Source: Andalucia godoyi And28
Taxonomy: Eukaryota; Protista; Jakobida
Assembly (NCBI GenBank): GCA_009859145.1
Contig: VRVR01000023.1
Span: 320,692 to 332,057 of the forward strand
DNA length: 11,366 nt
Reading direction: 5' to 3'
Within the stretch, counting starts at the first letter, position 1; each line of letters opens with the position of its first letter. The position numbers and the translations under genes are program-made. The notes under the pieces are model-generated. The model did no database searches and had not been told where the DNA came from. It worked only from the letters and a program-made list of their open reading frames with translations. Of the stretch, positions 8,598-11,366 are shown in pieces.

Positions 8598-9797
8598 ATG
8601 GCTGTTACATGCGAAAGTCCGTTTTGTATGCCGACTGTCAATTATGAGGAAAGAACCGTGCTTACTGATGAGTTGCGTCGTGTACTAGAGGGAAAGGAAG
8701 AAGATGGGGAAACATCAGTTATTCTGGACGATTACGTCAAGCGCAATGTTGCAAGCCTCATCTTTGAAATTCAATACATTGAGCAGCAAAAAGAGATAAG
8801 AAAGAAAGAAGATAGTAATCGCGATCTTCTGGAGACGACTTTATTGTCGAAAACCAACAAAGTTCGTCAATTGATAGACGTCTGCAAAAAGCTGGATGAG
8901 TGGATGTCGCACAGTGACGCATCGATGTACGAGGCACAACGTTGTCGATATTATGTCATATTATATACGTTTTTCGATCATCTGGACAATTGTGATGAAG
9001 AAATGAAATGCGAGTTTTACAAGTGGGCGTCTGAGGAACTCCTGTCCATTGCGGAGCATGTTCGCAAAACGTCCAGATCAACGGACGATTCGATTCTTTC
9101 GCATCGTTGTGTTGTGCTTTGTGCAAATGCTCTTTCCATTCTTGCATGTGTCCGTGTAAGACATGACGATCAGACATGGCTGGCTGCTGGTCTTGAAGCA
9201 GGTCGATACTTTGATATTACCATCGCGAACGGCAACTCTCGACGGCTTTATGCTCTACTTCAAAAGGGTCGTGCAATGTTGCGCATTGCTCGAGCAGCAG
9301 ATGGCTCGCATGGTTGTTTCGAAAGCATCTCGGATTTCTTGGACTTTTCGACAGCCGCATTTGCAGAGGCCGAAAAGAGCGACATAATTCAATGCATTGC
9401 GCAAAACATACACTGGAACAGTCTTTTTCATGCTTGGATTGAGTCTTCACTTTGGGTGCTGAAGATGGATAAGCCTTCTCCGGACATGTATTTTGCCCGT
9501 CTAGAAGAGCTGAAAGACTGGGCTTCAAAGCTGGCGGAGTTCAGAAGTTCTTCTGGCGATTTCTGCCACATATTTTATGCCAGTTTGGTTCTGCAAACCG
9601 TGGAAGTGTTTCAAAAGATCCGATTTCGAAGAGTCTCGTACCAAGACGGCGTTAAAGAACTTGTCAACTCGCGTATTTCAACAATCGCCGAGCCGCTTGT
9701 GGAGTTGGAGCGTCAGTACGGAGATCTTCTTGTCGATACACAGTTCCTTCTTACAGTGGATCTTTCTCTTCGCGCCCGTCTGCCTCTTAGATATTAG
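8598..9797 (+). CDS. Hypothetical protein, 399 aa, predicted mostly alpha-helical (possible solenoid/TPR-like)
   Basis: 1.2-kb uninterrupted ORF with natural composition; ATG preceded by an A-rich context. No motif recognised. The frame stays open upstream to 8352 without an ATG. Confidence 0.8.
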   Translation: MAVTCESPFCMPTVNYEERTVLTDELRRVLEGKEEDGETSVILDDYVKRNVASLIFEIQYIEQQKEIRKKEDSNRDLLETTLLSKTNKVRQLIDVCKKLDEWMSHSDASMYEAQRCRYYVILYTFFDHLDNCDEEMKCEFYKWASEELLSIAEHVRKTSRSTDDSILSHRCVVLCANALSILACVRVRHDDQTWLAAGLEAGRYFDITIANGNSRRLYALLQKGRAMLRIARAADGSHGCFESISDFLDFSTAAFAEAEKSDIIQCIAQNIHWNSLFHAWIESSLWVLKMDKPSPDMYFARLEELKDWASKLAEFRSSSGDFCHIFYASLVLQTVEVFQKIRFRRVSYQDGVKELVNSRISTIAEPLVELERQYGDLLVDTQFLLTVDLSLRARLPLRY

Positions 9798-9825
9798 ACC
9801 TTTCACACATAAATCCTATTCATTT

Positions 9826-9986
9826 CACAAATACGGAAAATGGTCCACAGCACTTTTTCTGAGGTAATGCTGGGGACTGGTAGAGTCGCGGACGGCGAGC
9901 AATCTGGCAAAAGAAATTCTCTTGGGGACGACGCCGTTCAGGAGTTATACGTAAAATATTAATTACCTAATTCCCGACTACAGTCG
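9826..9986 (+). repeat. Repeat family A, copy 2
   Basis: Direct repeat of 4716-4876 (offset 5110). Starts 29 nt after the stop of 8598-9797 and is followed by CATTTT. Confidence 0.92.
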
Positions 9987-10121
9987 CATTTTATCAGTAT
10001 ACTTTTCAACAGTGAATCTGTCCTCGCCGCTGCATCTAGTGACGGAATGTGGCACGGGGGACATCCCATGCGTGTGCTGCGAGCCTTCTTCTGCCCGGCG
10101 GGGAACTAACCACGCTCGCAG

Positions 10122-10175
10122 AGTGATAGTACCAGTGTCGATCGTCGACCGCTAGGTCGCTAGACTACGGTCGAT
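10122..10175 (+). repeat. Repeat family B, copy 2
   Basis: Direct repeat of 4500-4553. Stem GTCGACCG (10144-10151) / CGGTCGAT (10168-10175). Confidence 0.85.
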
Positions 10176-10770
10176 TGACATAAAACATTTTGTCAATCAG
10201 TTATTATACTCCACCACACTCTTTTCACTCCGTCAACACTAGATGCATAAAATAGGGAGTTTGCAATCCGACGAATTCCAAGACTGAGACCGGGGGTATG
10301 TAGAGCTCGTTCACGCGAATGCAACGGTGTGCCGCATGCACCGGGGGGTTTTGTCTGAGAGCCGTTATGCCGCCCGCCGTTCTGCTAATTCATGAATTCC
10401 TCTTCAACTACAGTGGGTTTTTTGGCGAGAAGCCTTTCTTCTCGAAGAGACGCTGTTGCAGCGACATGCACCAAGGGTCATGTTTGGGAGCAGTGCTCAC
10501 GGTGATGGGTGAGCGGTGAGTGTGCTTTCGTCCAGCACAGGAACTCCAGATCATCGGACGACCGCGGCTAGACACAAATGGTACCTCGCAAATGGCTGAC
10601 AGCTCCTGCGTTCGCTTCACTGTCTGAATGCAGTCGAAGATCTCAAGCGTCACTTGGGGGCTGCTTGCTGTATGCATCCACGCTTCTGCTGTCTGCTATC
10701 AACATAAACGTACAAGCTACTACGGAGTGTTTACTTCTACGCTTTTGTGCAAGCGCTTCTTTGTCGGTCC

Positions 10771-11364
10771 TCAGCGAAGCATCTTTCTGAGATCTCGGCT
10801 GTCCTTGAGCTTCCAGTCGGTCGTTCGTGATGTGGCAAAGCACTCGCTGTGGAAGATTCCCGTCTCTTCCAGTCTGCGTTTCAGAAGCTTCTTCCTCTCA
10901 AATAAGTCCTCGACGGTAGGATCTATCAAAGAAAACACAAAGCTTGTCAGCTGCGTTCGTTCGATCTCGCTGAACCTGCACATCGCAGCAGCTCTTCGGC
11001 ACAGCTGCGCAGCCTCCTCAAGGGTAATCGGCTCGTTTGACAACACCTCTGGCTCTTGCTGCTCACTGGCAACATAATAGTCGGATTCGAGAACGAAGAA
11101 ATGCCCTGACAAGTACGTCATCCTGGGAAACCGCGTCTTGGCACCAAGCCAGGCCTGGGCGCATTCTTCGAACATCGTGGGACACATCGTCCTGGCAACG
11201 ACTTGGAGGACGAACGACTCGGCCATTTTCTGAATGCGTCTCCGGTGGGTGAACGTGTCGTTCGTCAGGCCACTGCGAAAGATTGGGAACACAATTCCAA
11301 CGGCTTCGCTCACAGAGACAGCTCCTCGTTGACTGCAGACGCGTCTCTGGAAAATGGACTCGTA
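10771..11364 (-). CDS. Hypothetical protein, 3' portion; 5' end lies outside the window
   Basis: The frame of ORF 10771-11313 remains open to the window edge (YESIFQRRVCSQRGAVSVSEAVG...). No recognised domain. It may continue through frameshifts to about 10408. Confidence 0.65.
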   Translation of the reverse strand, partial: YESIFQRRVCSQRGAVSVSEAVGIVFPIFRSGLTNDTFTHRRRIQKMAESFVLQVVARTMCPTMFEECAQAWLGAKTRFPRMTYLSGHFFVLESDYYVASEQQEPEVLSNEPITLEEAAQLCRRAAAMCRFSEIERTQLTSFVFSLIDPTVEDLFERKKLLKRRLEETGIFHSECFATSRTTDWKLKDSRDLRKMLR

Positions 11365-11366
11365 CG

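Noticed and set aside
4500-10175. CRISPR-like array
   Set aside because: Only two copies per family, about 5 kb apart, with no regular repeat-spacer periodicity and no cas genes.

Overview
This looks like a gene-dense, apparently intron-poor microbial-eukaryote region (taxon is inferred). Contents, left to right: (1) An intact IS630/Tc1/mariner (ITm) DNA transposon. It has perfect terminal inverted repeats of at least 69 bp and a 637-aa DD37E transposase with an unusually long N-terminal extension. (2) A secreted BPI/LBP/CETP (TULIP) lipid-binding protein. (3) A subtilisin-like S8 protease with no signal peptide, split across reading frames. One single-base frameshift is clear and two more are inferred. 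(4) A 399-aa helical protein of unknown function. (5) The 3' part of a convergent unknown gene that may also be frameshifted. The most unusual signal is non-coding. Two repeat families each occur twice in 3' intergenic regions: A (161 bp, 138/161 identical, ungapped) and B (54 bp, 46/54 identical). Their order is swapped (B-A at 4.5-4.9 kb, A-B at 9.8-10.2 kb). The differences between copies mostly preserve a predicted secondary structure: a three-way junction for A and a hairpin for B. They are candidate unannotated structured RNAs or modular mobile-element ends. All folds were derived by hand, and no database searches were run.
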